A stretch of 64,000 nt of DNA from Balanoglossus misakiensis (Eukaryota; Animalia; Hemichordata), in contig CM082584.2 of assembly GCA_040954595.2 (NCBI GenBank), positions 13,695,337-13,759,336 on the forward strand, given 5' to 3'. Shown piece after piece: positions 24,001 through 34,534 of this stretch. The translations under genes were made by a program, and so were the position numbers. Within the stretch, counting starts at the first letter, position 1; each line of letters opens with the position of its first letter. The notes under the pieces are model-generated. The model worked only from the letters and a program-made list of their open reading frames with translations, had not been told where the DNA came from and made no database searches.

Positions 24001-27000
24001 CATTTGAATATTGCAGTGCTGGAGTGGGTCGAACAGGTACCTTTATTGCAATTGATGCCCTGTTGGAAATGGCCAAACAAGAAGGCAAAGTCGACATCTA
24101 CAACTTTGTCAGGAAATCCAGAGAAAACAGAATGAATTTTGTGCAAGTAGAGGTATGAGTCAGTCATCTTTTTTGATAGTTTTCACCACAGTTTTTTCGT
24201 GATAGCTTTTGTTTTAATTTTCACAGTCATCACATACAGAAAGTGATGGATGTGTTTACCCTTAAAACATAGGATCCATGAAACATTATTTGCAGATGAG
24301 TTATGGTATTGTGCAGTTTTAAGAAAGAATATAAAATCTAACAACAAATAAATGTCAAAAGTGGGGACACACGCCATGGCAACTTGTTTACATGTTCTTA
24401 AAATATTCAAGGAGTTTGCATACCAATGTCCTACTTAACAATAAAAAATACAATAGCTGAGGTATGCTTGACAGACACTGATAAGGACTCGATCCTAAGG
24501 TATGCGATAATTTATACAGTCTTGGGCGTTGAGTGTACTACTTTGCCAAAGGTCACTTTTGTTTTGAATAATGGGAAACTGTGCATAGATAATCATGGTG
24601 CATGGAATAATTTTATGTATATTTAGGAGCGAATTTTTCCTGATAGATGATTGCATGAGCATATAGCAGTGTTCCAAGAGTTTTTTTCTGAATGCATAGC
24701 ATATTCTACTAGTAGCCACAAATTCAAAGTAGTTGTAGTTGTTGCAGTAGTATAGGGGTACAGTTTGTGAATTTCTCTGTTGTTCATTGCACACACAGGA
24801 TCAGTACGAGTTCATCCACACAGCTCTGATGGAAGCCACTGTGGCCGGCAGCACTGCCATAACTGCATCTGATTTCAGACAAGTGTTTGGGAGGCTGCTG
24901 AAAGTTGATAGGCAAACCCAGACAATAGCATTAGAGACAGAATGGAAGGTAAGTGTGGCAGAGAATGACTACGATATATGTCAGTGGATGAGGAGTACAA
25001 TACAATACAATACAATATTACAGTAAAATACTACAATACAGTGCAGAACCAATCAAGCATGATCAGAAAAAAAAGTGGATTACATGTTCAGATTTAAACA
25101 ATCGATATGTTTTGTTGTATTCTGCAGAATCTTGGTAAAGTAAGCCGTGTTGCCAGGGATGATGAACTCTCTGTTGGACAAGCACCGGAAAACTCGCACA
25201 AGAACCGATTCCCAGATATCGTTCCATGTAAGGGAAACATGTCTATAGACATTCTCTCGGTGTACTCTTAGTGCCAAATATGGGGGCAGATTCCAATGAC
25301 CACATCAAAAATTGAAGGGACATGCATTTGGCAAAGTAGCAGATACAGTATAGAAGTAGTAGCTAGTGTACATCAGATATCAATCAAATGGGAAGTAAAT
25401 AGGTCTGAATTTGTGATAAGCACATCCAAATATGAGAAAAATAAACAAGGAACTCTGCAGGGGCACATCAAACTACCGGTACAGATTAATTTTCTGCGTA
25501 ACCGTACATTTCCCCTTTTTCTATTTTTGTGATAGCTATCTTGAATCATAGACCAGGGTCTATGCTTGGATGTGGTGAATACAACAGAAACAAATGCTCA
25601 ATTGAGTTAGATACCAAAATACGAATATGGACACAAACAGACTTGAATCACTTATTCTGTGTTTGTAAAACATGTATACTGCCTACCAATATTGTTAGTT
25701 TTAACAGATCTGAAATAACTTAGGTAACAAATGTTTCCTTGTCAACAGTGTTGACCAATTTCCACTTACATTCATAGCATTATAAGAATTACTGAATTTT
25801 ATGTACCACTAGGGATTTCACTTGCTTTATTGAACGTATATTTCTCTTTACAGTCAACAGATATCGTCCTCATCTGATGACCCACATTGCTGACAGCAAT
25901 TCAAATGATTACATCAATGCAAGTTTTGTCAGTGTAAGTGCAGATTTCATGATAAACTGAGCTGTCAGTATTTATAGTGTGGTGTTCGGAACCATAGATT
26001 CTCTCTTCTTTTCTTACTGTGTGGTGGCAGTATGAGTTGGCACAGAGTCCTTCCAACACATTTGTGGAAACTGCCAGGATTGTGGGGTTGCTGTTATAGG
26101 ACCCTTCAATCAGCTAACAGTTTAGTTGAGGACAAATATACCTCTCCAAGGTTGATCCTCTATAGTGGCCCATTCATTCTTCTACATGGGCATCAGAGGC
26201 CGCACAGAATTTCAACACTAGCCGCATGCAGAGATGAATAATTTACTTTAATTTGTAAACCGGTAGCTGGTTGCATCAGTATGTAACAACATTCTTAACT
26301 GTTTTCACCTTAGCATATTCAAGACTTTGCTATATCAAGGATTATATCGTCTTTGGAATGATGAATTTGTTGTGATGGCTATATTGACAGATATATTCCT
26401 CTTTCTTCACAGGCTTATGTTGAAAAGGATGCTTTCCTTGTGACCCAGACACCATTACCGAGCACAGTGGTCGATTTCTGGAGAATGATCTATGATTACA
26501 ATTCTTATTCCATAGTTGCCTTGGACGCCATGAACACAAAAGACACAGTAAGTTGTACTTGCCAAACCAAACATTTTTTGTACAAATGATAATATTATCA
26601 TCATATGAAAGACATGTCAAATCTGGTTCTTGCATGACCTCAACTGCATCTGCCCTTACTTTCTCTCCACAGAGCATTGGCATGTACTGGCCTGAAGATG
26701 GTGCCCTTCAATGTGGACCGTTTAGTATTGAGACCGTCAGCAGAGATGTCACTGGCAGCATTGTCATCAGAACTCTTACTCTCACAGATGTAAGTATCAG
26801 TGTTAACCATGGGTAGATTTCTCACAGAAACGACATAAACCCCATGACAATATCAGAGGTTGAAACCTCTAATCATCTATTGATTCTGTTAGAAGAATTC
26901 TCATACTGTCTGATTAGCACCAGCAAACACTTTTTGACAGCATTCTGACTGAGAACATAGCCATATGTTTCTGTATTTAAATGTGTAGAAGAATTCTCAT

Positions 27001-27979
27001 ATTTGCTGCATTAAAACCTGTTGTGATCTTCTTTCATGATGTATCCAGCAACGGGGAAGTATGCGAACCATCCAACAATTCCAGGTGACAGGTTGGCCAG
27101 ACAACAAACCCAGACCAAATCAAAAAGGTGTCTTTGTAGAGTTGATGGGTATTGTTGAGAAATGGCAACAACAGACAGGCAATGGACCAATCACTGTGCA
27201 CTGCATGTAAGTATATACATGCACTTCAAGCAAATTACAGTTTGATTGTTTCCCTGAAAACAGTTCTCTATTGTGATTTGGAAGATGCCTCCTGAGTAAA
27301 ACTAGTGGCAATCCAGGTTTTCTCCAACAACAGTAAAATTTCTCTCACAAATAAATGTAATGTTTTTTTGTCTCCATCTCAGCAATGGTATTGGTCGAAG
27401 TGCCGTGTACTGTGCTACTGTCTCTACATGTGAACGAATCAAAGTCGATCAAATGGTGGATGTTTTCCAGGCTGTCAAGACACTCAGAAGTAACAGGCCA
27501 AACATGATTGAATCATATGTAAGTTGATGGTGTGATCATCTAACCTAATGTGTATACTTTTGCAAGAGGACATGCCATTGGTTGTCATTGAATGTCTGGG
27601 CTCCATACAGGTCATTTCATCAGCCAGTACAGTTAGGCTTATGTGGACAGGCCTCCAAGCCAGTGGAATAATGTATTTGCTAGTAAAGCTATGTTTATTT
27701 TGGGTGGGGCTCTCTCAGAAACATGCACCCCTTGGCAGAACATGACCAACCTAACCAAGATTGGCAATGCTGAAACCACTGAGTCCAATTGGTCAATTTT
27801 TTTGTAACTACTTCATATTGTCCAATCAAACTGAGCCATTTGACACTATGCAATGAATATGTTATTTAAAATCTTGTCTCACATGTGTTTGTCATTCTTT
27901 TCAGGATCAGTACAAGTTCTGCTATGAAATCATCCTGGATTACTTCGAATCCTTCGACACTTATGCCAACTTCCAGTAA
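4452..27979 (+). CDS. Receptor-type protein tyrosine phosphatase with Tie-like ectodomain (SP-Ig-Ig-EGFx4-Ig-FN3x4-cleaved FN3-like-TM-Pro-rich-PTP D1-PTP D2), 36 exons, 5451 nt CDS, 1816 aa
   Basis: 36 exons join through GT-AG introns with consistent phases and no internal stop. Motifs: [30 protein letters not shown] (D1); DYINASF, WPD, VHCINGIGRS (D2); [27 protein letters not shown]. Confidence 0.95.
4782..6117. mobile_element. Non-autonomous DNA transposon, 1336 bp, TAA TSD (Zator- or PIF/Harbinger-like)
   Basis: TIRs of about 32 bp: GGC(A)11GAGTTTTGTTTAGCGTCC at 4782-4813 and its reverse complement at 6085-6117; TAA on both sides (4779-4781, 6118-6120); no transposase ORF. Confidence 0.8.
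6534..6628. repeat. (ATGT)n microsatellite
   Basis: More than 20 tandem tetranucleotide units. Confidence 0.97.
7051..7476. repeat. Direct tandem duplication, period 239 bp
   Basis: 7051-7237 is near-identical to 7290-7476 (TAATTATGTGCATACCTAATTCCAGGCTAACC...CTTGGCATCCAGAGCAG). Confidence 0.92.
8483..8788 (+). CDS. RPTP exon 2, Tie-type Ig1
   Basis: [36 protein letters not shown]; phase 1-1. Confidence 0.9.
9270..9524 (+). CDS. RPTP exon 3, Tie-type Ig2
   Basis: [36 protein letters not shown]; phase 1-1. Confidence 0.93.
10327..10461 (+). CDS. RPTP exon 4, EGF-like 1
   Basis: [45 protein letters not shown]. Confidence 0.95.
11552..11698 (+). CDS. RPTP exon 5, EGF-like 2
   Basis: [49 protein letters not shown]. 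Confidence 0.95.
12074..12362. mobile_element. Possible degenerate Harbinger-like MITE
   Basis: Inverted TGTTCACAC / GTGTGAACA near the ends plus internal inverted CTGAAATGT/ATGTTTCAG-type motifs; no clear TSD. Confidence 0.35.
12634..12966. mobile_element. Fold-back (double hairpin) non-autonomous repeat
   Basis: Imperfect palindrome of about 170 bp at 12634-12804 (CATGATGACTGACA..TGTCAGTCATCATG), then a second inverted pair TGTAACACACCA (12810) / TGGTGTGTTACA (12955). Confidence 0.7.
13027..13158 (+). CDS. RPTP exon 6, EGF-like 3
   Basis: [44 protein letters not shown]. Confidence 0.95.
13318..13476 (+). CDS. RPTP exon 7, EGF-like 4
   Basis: [53 protein letters not shown]. Confidence 0.93.
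13987..14280 (+). CDS. RPTP exon 8, Ig3
   Basis: [42 protein letters not shown]. Confidence 0.92.
14732..15061 (+). CDS. RPTP exon 9, FN3-1
   Basis: [45 protein letters not shown]. Confidence 0.94.
15367..15437 (+). CDS. RPTP exon 10, FN3-2 N-half
   Basis: [24 protein letters not shown]; phase 1-0. Confidence 0.88.
15984..16227 (+). CDS. RPTP exon 11, FN3-2 C-half
   Basis: ..[30 protein letters not shown]; phase 0-1. Confidence 0.92.
16585..16811 (+). CDS. RPTP exon 12, FN3-3
   Basis: [41 protein letters not shown]. Confidence 0.93.
17146..17215 (+). CDS. RPTP exon 13, FN3-3 end
   Basis: [23 protein letters not shown]; phase 0-1. Confidence 0.9.
17515..17621 (+). CDS. RPTP exon 14, FN3-4 N-half
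   Basis: [36 protein letters not shown]. Confidence 0.92.
18019..18214 (+). CDS. RPTP exon 15, FN3-4 C-half
   Basis: ..[25 protein letters not shown].. Confidence 0.93.
18616..18742 (+). CDS. RPTP exon 16, membrane-proximal FN3-like domain start
   Basis: [28 protein letters not shown]..; phase 1-2. Confidence 0.85.
19011..19263 (+). CDS. RPTP exon 17, furin site and membrane-proximal domain
   Basis: [41 protein letters not shown]. Confidence 0.93.
19575..19620 (+). CDS. RPTP exon 18
   Basis: [15 protein letters not shown]; phase 0-1 bridges exons 17 and 19. Confidence 0.82.
19782..19890 (+). CDS. RPTP exon 19, transmembrane helix
   Basis: [28 protein letters not shown]. Confidence 0.93.
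20186..20307 (+). CDS. RPTP exon 20, juxtamembrane
   Basis: [23 protein letters not shown]; phase 2-1. Confidence 0.88.
20405..20805 (+). CDS. RPTP exon 21, Pro-rich insert plus wedge region
   Basis: [52 protein letters not shown]. Confidence 0.9.
20945..21032 (+). CDS. RPTP exon 22, D1 (KNRF loop)
   Basis: [29 protein letters not shown]. Confidence 0.94.
21327..21403 (+). CDS. RPTP exon 23, D1
   Basis: [26 protein letters not shown]. Confidence 0.96.
21834..21870 (+). CDS. RPTP exon 24, D1
   Basis: [12 protein letters not shown](G). Confidence 0.94.
22302..22399 (+). CDS. RPTP exon 25, D1
   Basis: [33 protein letters not shown]. Confidence 0.95.
22545..22664 (+). CDS. RPTP exon 26, D1
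   Basis: [31 protein letters not shown]. Confidence 0.95.
23510..23661 (+). CDS. RPTP exon 27, D1 WPD loop and catalytic Cys
   Basis: [24 protein letters not shown](S). Confidence 0.96.
24017..24152 (+). CDS. RPTP exon 28, D1 P-loop and Q-loop
   Basis: [30 protein letters not shown]. Confidence 0.96.
24799..24948 (+). CDS. RPTP exon 29, D1 end and D1-D2 linker
   Basis: [27 protein letters not shown]. Confidence 0.95.
25128..25227 (+). CDS. RPTP exon 30, D2 start
   Basis: ..[14 protein letters not shown]. Confidence 0.93.
25540..25571. mobile_element. 18-bp palindromic insertion with near-perfect 7-bp TSD (P-element-like footprint)
   Basis: CTTGAAT|CATAGACCAGGGTCTATG|CTTGGAT. Confidence 0.65.
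25854..25933 (+). CDS. RPTP exon 31, D2
   Basis: [27 protein letters not shown]. Confidence 0.94.
26413..26547 (+). CDS. RPTP exon 32, D2
   Basis: [29 protein letters not shown]. Confidence 0.95.
26673..26789 (+). CDS. RPTP exon 33, D2
   Basis: [28 protein letters not shown]. Confidence 0.94.
27049..27206 (+). CDS. RPTP exon 34, D2 WPD loop and Cys
   Basis: [30 protein letters not shown](I). Confidence 0.95.
27383..27518 (+). CDS. RPTP exon 35, D2
   Basis: [31 protein letters not shown]. Confidence 0.95.
27905..27979 (+). CDS. RPTP exon 36, C-terminus, stop TAA
   Basis: [24 protein letters not shown]. Confidence 0.95.
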   Translation, partial: DQYKFCYEIILDYFESFDTYANFQ

Positions 27980-30900
27980 TTAGCTGAGTAGCTAACTTGA
28001 ATTTACTGATCAATTTTGCCAATTATGTTGCCATAAATGATGACTTTGATTTTGCCAACTTGTCAGAAATTTGCACATTTGCTCAATGAATTAAGGAGAG
28101 AAATTTTTTTATATTAAATTTATCAGAATTTAAATCAATTTTTTGTGAGATATTTTCGTAAATAATGACAGATTTCTGCAAGCAATCTCAGTGTTCACCA
28201 TTAGTTAAAAATGTACTTTCAGCTTCTACACAAATTTAGAGTAATTTGTATCGAGTCATCAAGTTTTTGTAGAAAGGCTATTAAGAAGAGACCTGCTATT
28301 TATCCTAGCAACAGTGTTAAAATGCAGCATTGAATTAGTGAGGGACGTGTGAATTTGGAATTCTTATTCTAAAGGCCTGTCCAGTTGTATACATGTGTCA
28401 ATCATGTCACCTTTAATAATCCAACATAGACTTCTATTTCTGGGCTTGAATTTCCAGAGGAAAAAAAAGCTTTGAAAGGATTTTTTTTAGTTGAAGAGTC
28501 CCGTATAGCAGAACTCTTTTTTTAGCCAAAGTGGATCAAATTCCATTGTGTATAATCAGGGTGGGGCTCTTTTGGTGTGGATGTTTATCATTTACATGGT
28601 GTAGCAGGATCAAGCATGTAAGTTCCTCTGACATAAGCATTTAGTGTGTGATTGGACATATAATGAATTTTTGAGCAACTTGAAATTTGGCATGTTTGAA
28701 CTGTGAAAGTACTCACAGCTTACCATGCACTCTAAATTACGTATAAATATAGTATGTCCACTTCTTTTTTATTGTTAACTGCATTATTTCACCAATTAAT
28801 CGTCTGCAATATATTGTTTTATTGCTGTAAAAACAGTTGTTACAGAATGCAGTTATCAGGTTTTTAATTTGCTTGTCCAATCATGTGGTTGATTACTATT
28901 GCTGGCCAGTAGTAATAATAATAATGAAATCAAAGCACCCTCACCCTCCCCCACGCACAAATTTTGGTAACTGTAATTATATATTTATGATTAATAACAA
29001 TCCAGCACATGTTTGTTTGAACATGGTTGCTTGCCACAATTGACATTCCCAGATTAACGACTGGAAGTTTCCCTCAGTGCGTCAGGACATTCTCCATGAC
29101 CCCGGCCAAGTGGAGAGCACCCTCGAGGGGTGAACTTTCAGTCCATTTACCTAAAATCTTCAGATGCAATTGGTAAAAGTACCTATAATAAATGGATAAT
29201 GTTTTTTGAATTGTTAATTCAGTGAACTTTAGAAGTGCATCAGAGATTCCAAGTCATTAAACAGAGGAACAGAGCATTTTCATGGTAAAATGGTGATATT
29301 AGTGGGTAAAATGTTGAGATTTTATCTACATTGTTTGATTTTGGATGAATGTGTTTTTTTCATAATTATTTGTATAACTTGTATATTCATTGTGTACAGA
29401 GAGACTTGTCAGATAGTAAGTCGGTAATATGACATTATTCAAAACAGTTTCATTTTCATTTTCCTAATGTTTAGATTAATTTTATAAAAATTTGTAAACA
29501 AATATCCAAGAGGTTATCTTCATTATAGATGAAAAATTAATTTTTCTTCAAAAAAAATCCTTAAAAAAACAAAACAAGTATAGGATCAGACTTAAGTCTT
29601 AAGAATTTCTACAAATTTAATGTACTACTCCTGCCCCCCAGTCATGGCATAAATTTTGTATTTTAAAAGCTATTGATTACTAAGTATGTATGCATGTGTG
29701 TGTGTTTGTTTACACCCATTTACTCCAGAAGCAGTTGTAGTCAGCACTATGGTAGAGGGATAGCTGCAAACTAGCACATACTTAATCATGCCTCCATTGC
29801 TATTTGGACAGTCACCCCCTGGACATTTACCATACAGATTTTCCCACTCCAACAGTCAGGATTATGTTGTAGGTATGTTAGTATTACAGGGAGTATTAAC
29901 TGTCCTAGAAGCATTCAATCATTTTCATTTGACATGGCTGGGAACGTCAAATATAAGAACTTGTACTTTTATTTCATCCAATTTGAAAACATTTTTGGAG
30001 GCTGTGCTGGGAAAAAGTGGTTGTTGTCCTTGATGTGATTTCTGAGCCGATTGTTTCCCAGGTTTTTATCGATGAGGCTGGATAAAACAAGAAAGAGGTT
30101 GCCCATGTGTTTGTCTTTCTATCGTGTCATTTTTCTCACATTTTGCTATTAGTTTGTTCAAAACAGATTGTACTTACTTGTATCTATTAATCAAGAACAT
30201 CTTAGTCTGCTGTTGGATTAATCCAGATTTGAACAGTGCAACATAAACTCAAATGGTGACATTGTATTACTCACCTACACTGTGGATTCTTGGAGAATGT
30301 ATTTGCTAATTTCATTGATAGTTCCTTCACATATAATTCATGTATGTCATTACACTTGGATACTATTTGGGAAGGGTTAGCAAATGCTTTGGTTGCATGC
30401 AAATTTGCTTGACATTTTTATGAGTTGAGACTTGAAATTCATTTGTGACCAAACTGAATTACACTATAATCCACTCCAGTGTTGTTTTCAAATATTTGCA
30501 GATTTTGTTAACATACCCCTTAATTTTTTATTGGATATTAACATTTGTGCAATTTTCTGCATTTTTATATTGTGATATTGCTAAATTTGACTTGTTCACA
30601 TTTTTAAACCAACTGGAAACAGAAGTATACACTCCATAACATTCCTGTGAATATATTTTTGAACCTCAAAATCTTTTTTTAAAGAACATTTGGCTGTAAA
30701 CTCTGTCCTTGTATTTTTCATTGTGTCACAGTACAGTGAAACAACATTTACATCTTGGTGAAACTTTTGCAATAACTCCAGTTTTTGCAGGGATACACTT
30801 AAAAATACGGATGCAAGGTTTAACAAGGACCAAGTATTTAGTGAAATGTTCATAGATGCCATAGTGATTATCAAATTTTGATATCTTGTCATTTGGAAAT

Positions 30901-31024
30901 TGGACATTTGTTATTTGATCAAGTTGTTCATGGCCATGATGTAATTCCCTTGCTCTGAAAAACTTCCCCAAGAAGTGACCAAGACTATATGAGTAACTGA
31001 AGTCAAATCTGATTTACTAATAAA
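27980..31024 (+). other. Probable long AU-rich 3' UTR of the RPTP, with candidate AATAAA signals at 29187 and 31019
   Basis: U-rich non-coding stretch after the stop; AATAAA hexamers seen, but the true cleavage site is unknown. Confidence 0.4.
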
Positions 31025-31307
31025 TTTCATAAACTGTTACTGAATCACACTTTACTGTAAGATCAGTTTTGCCAAATATACCTAATGTGACACTTTTGAA
31101 GTTTTACTACAATGGGAATAATTTTGTTTTCGGTTATATAGACACAAGTGCATATACCAGTCATTGCATTTACTTATTAAATTCTAAATTTACGTAAGTG
31201 CATTCAAGAATAATAAAGATACACTATTCTATATTCAGACGATATGATGTGTCGCATCATATATGAAGGGAGTGGCTGCATAGGTTCCACTGTACATCTG
31301 TACATAG

Positions 31308-31478
<171 letters not shown>

Positions 31479-32424
31479 GCCACGAGTCGTCGGCTAAAGG
31501 AGAGCGCCCTCAAGCGATAGCAATGCTGGGGTGATTACTTTGTTTTTATGCTAGACTGACATTTTCTTGAAACCATGCCCATGGCAGTACGTAATTGTTT
31601 TAAGAGAGTACTAGTATGAAGTTTCTCATCGCAGATGGGGTTAGATAACGATAGTGTTTGTATCCTCACGCAACTGGACGCATAAAATATGATGAAGTTA
31701 TGATACCGTGTAAAATATGGAGTAATGGAGCGCCATCAATTAGACAGACTATTCAACGCGGAGTTAATTTCTATTTTTTAAACAGAAAACTGACATCGAT
31801 ACACGTGTGGAATGGATTTTTCAGAGAAAGAATGGCTTATGTGTTCTTTGTGTTTCTGAGAACAAATTTCCGGGTGACAAATCAGACTGACAGGTGATTG
31901 ATGATTGGAGTGAAGGGGACATACTCTTTATTTAACCTACACTACCAGACCGCAGTTTCCGGTGAAAAGTGGGGATCTAATTTCATAGAACAAAACGCCG
32001 GTTTACCCAGCAATGTTTTGCATTTGGCGAAATGACAGAAAATAATTTGGCGCGTAGTCCATTCAGATCCAGGGGTGCAATAAAACTGCATTGAAAGTCC
32101 AAGTTTTATCCGACATAAAAACTATCACCCGAAATGTTCGTGTTACTTGTGGTCATTTTTGGACTTTAAAATAAAACTTTCATTATTAAACTAACCTTCT
32201 TTAAAGTAATGGAAAATGCCATTATAAAAGCCAAAAGGCCTCTTATTTTATTTCTGTGCCAATGCAGTTCACGTGCTACCAAAATTAGAATATTGAAACG
32301 ACCAGTTGTCTTGAGGATGGCGTGATCACTTTTGATTGGATTACAGAGACGCGCATTCTTGAAATGCTAATTTTTGTCTTCAAAGTATTCAGTGGTTATT
32401 GTGCAGCAGCGTCGCTTATTTGTT

Positions 32425-32824
32425 TCTGATTGGTCAACTTTCTTTTTCAAACTGACCAGTAAAAATTAGATTATCAGAGGAGGTACAGTTGGCGGCCGTT
32501 TCATATTCACTCAGTCTCAGTTGTCAAGAGTCTGCCGTCGTCGCATGTGTTCGAGGGTTCTCGTCACCAGGTTCATTTTTCTAACTCAACTGGCATGGAC
32601 GTTATTTCGAAGCCAGCCAAACGCGAGGTTTGAAGTGATTGCAAAAAAGACGTATAATTTCTCAGATTTCGCGAAAACAAGAGTACCAAAAGCTACACAG
32701 TCGAACACAAAAAGCGTCGCTCAGTTTCGGAAAGACTGGGCCGACCGTGAAGCACAAATTTCACTGGACGGCGCGATGTTTCAGTTTCGCAAATGATGAC
32801 CGAGTTCGCAATTATATCAGCGAG
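32425..32824 (+). promoter_or_regulatory. Candidate promoter and first exon (probably non-coding) of a downstream gene
   Basis: CpG-enriched; ATTGG (CCAAT) boxes near 32335 and 32429; Inr-like TCAGT near 32511; consensus donor GAG|gtaagt at 32824/32825. Confidence 0.5.
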
Positions 32825-34142
32825 GTAAGTATGAGTGCCAGCGATCTAAAGTTTTGGCTGCAGTATTTCCGTCGATGTGGAAGTCAGGAGAATAACGGCG
32901 AAATCTCTTTTGACTACTTGACTTTGAGCCCTATAGGCCTAGGCCTTGAAAAAACGGTTTTGACTTATCGGCCTTAATGATTTCCTGTTTTGTATAAAAA
33001 ATAATTACTTCTCAGTGGTAAAGTATTTCAGAAACTTTCGATTGTTGCTGTGTGTTTATTGTTAGGTTTTACCCCACAATTTCCCTGTGCTGCAATGGTC
33101 TTTCCGCGAGTGCATATTCCCATGTTATGAACATCATCACTAAGGCCCTTGGATAGATAAAGACTCCGTGAATGGATCGCCGGAGCATTGTGATTGGTCA
33201 ATCGCTATGACTATTTTTAATTTTGAGTTAAACTCCATGAAATACTTTTTGACTCTTCGAAATCAATTGTTAAAAAGCTGCTGAATTTGGCGTTTCATGT
33301 ATCGGCTAAATTTCGATAACATTTACAAAGCGACTTTTAACACTTTTTCGCGACTTGTCTTTTTGTTTTTGTTCATAGAGTTCTACAAGACATGTTCGGC
33401 AGGGGACCAGACTAGGGATGCGGTTCGTTCCAGGGACGTCACACATTCGATTCCATAGAGAGATCTCGTCCAGTAGATTACTGATGGATATATATCCTGG
33501 TCGGAACTGACTTATCGGTTGATTTAGTTGACCTGGGCCAAGTCCTCTGTGAATTAGACTAGATTAATTTAATAAGTTCATACAACTGAACCGTGCGTGC
33601 CAAGAGCGATAAGGCGCGAATGCCTAATTTGCAGTGAATGACCGAGGATGATATGGCGGGCTTTGATGGTTCGGACACGACATGTTACAGCTCAGGATTT
33701 CAACTTTTCATTGTAGGCCCGCGATTTATTAGTTTGAATAGTTATCTGACAGGAAATTTATTTGACTAAAAGCTTCGTGCATTTTGTGTTAACTTTTGAA
33801 TACGGTTTTTGTGTGTGTATGTATTTTGTTCTTTTTGAGGGCCTTATAAGTAAATAAATACATTAAAGTATTAAAATTCATATTCTATCAAGTGGGGGTC
33901 TGTATGAGCTCATTACTTTCTCGACTCTTGATTGATTATAAACTGTCTTGGAGCGCCATTCAAGTTGATGGCATGGCAAGGTGGTTTATTGAATATTTTT
34001 TTGAGAGTGAACAAATGGCCCTCAACGTGTCGATTTCCAATGGCAAACATGTAACTAAATGGCATAGAAAATATGTCCGTTCGCATAGAGACCACAGGGC
34101 GTGCCTTGGCGTCTCGTTTTGGCGTGCATAAATTTATTAATT

Positions 34143-34534
34143 ATGCAAATGACAACATGGCGACTCGCATTTGAAAACATCGCTTGGCTGTATAAATTTT
34201 CAAATGGTACCGTAGCTGTAAACCTGGTTCGAAATTTTTGTTCACGGTAGGTTGGCCCTGGCTTATCAGAGTAGCCCGTTTACCTAAAATAATCACTTTT
34301 TAACCGAATTTTTTTTTTGCAACATATTCTCCTGGTGGTCAGTGGTCGCAACCTACAACACAGCAAAGTTCAGACCACTCACAAGAAAAGAAACCGCGGC
34401 CGTCAAGATTCGGTTAGATTGTTGTCGCTGTAATTCACGTTACCAGTTCGGTCATATACCATGGAAATCTGAAAAGGGGGACTGGGCAACCTGAGAATAA
34501 CCTGCGTTACCGTCTAGAATATCTTAATTCGAAG
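34143..34534 (+). promoter_or_regulatory. Second candidate promoter and alternative first exon
   Basis: Octamer ATGCAAAT (34143), YY1-like AACATGGCG, TATAAA (34191), CpG-rich segment ending in consensus donor AAG|gtaagt at 34534/34535. Confidence 0.4.

Noticed and set aside
29059-29143. 3' UTR hairpin with ATGA..AA..TGA resembling a SECIS element
   Set aside because: The AA lies only 8 nt from the core, helix II pairs poorly, and the RPTP ORF has no in-frame TGA; more likely a repeat remnant
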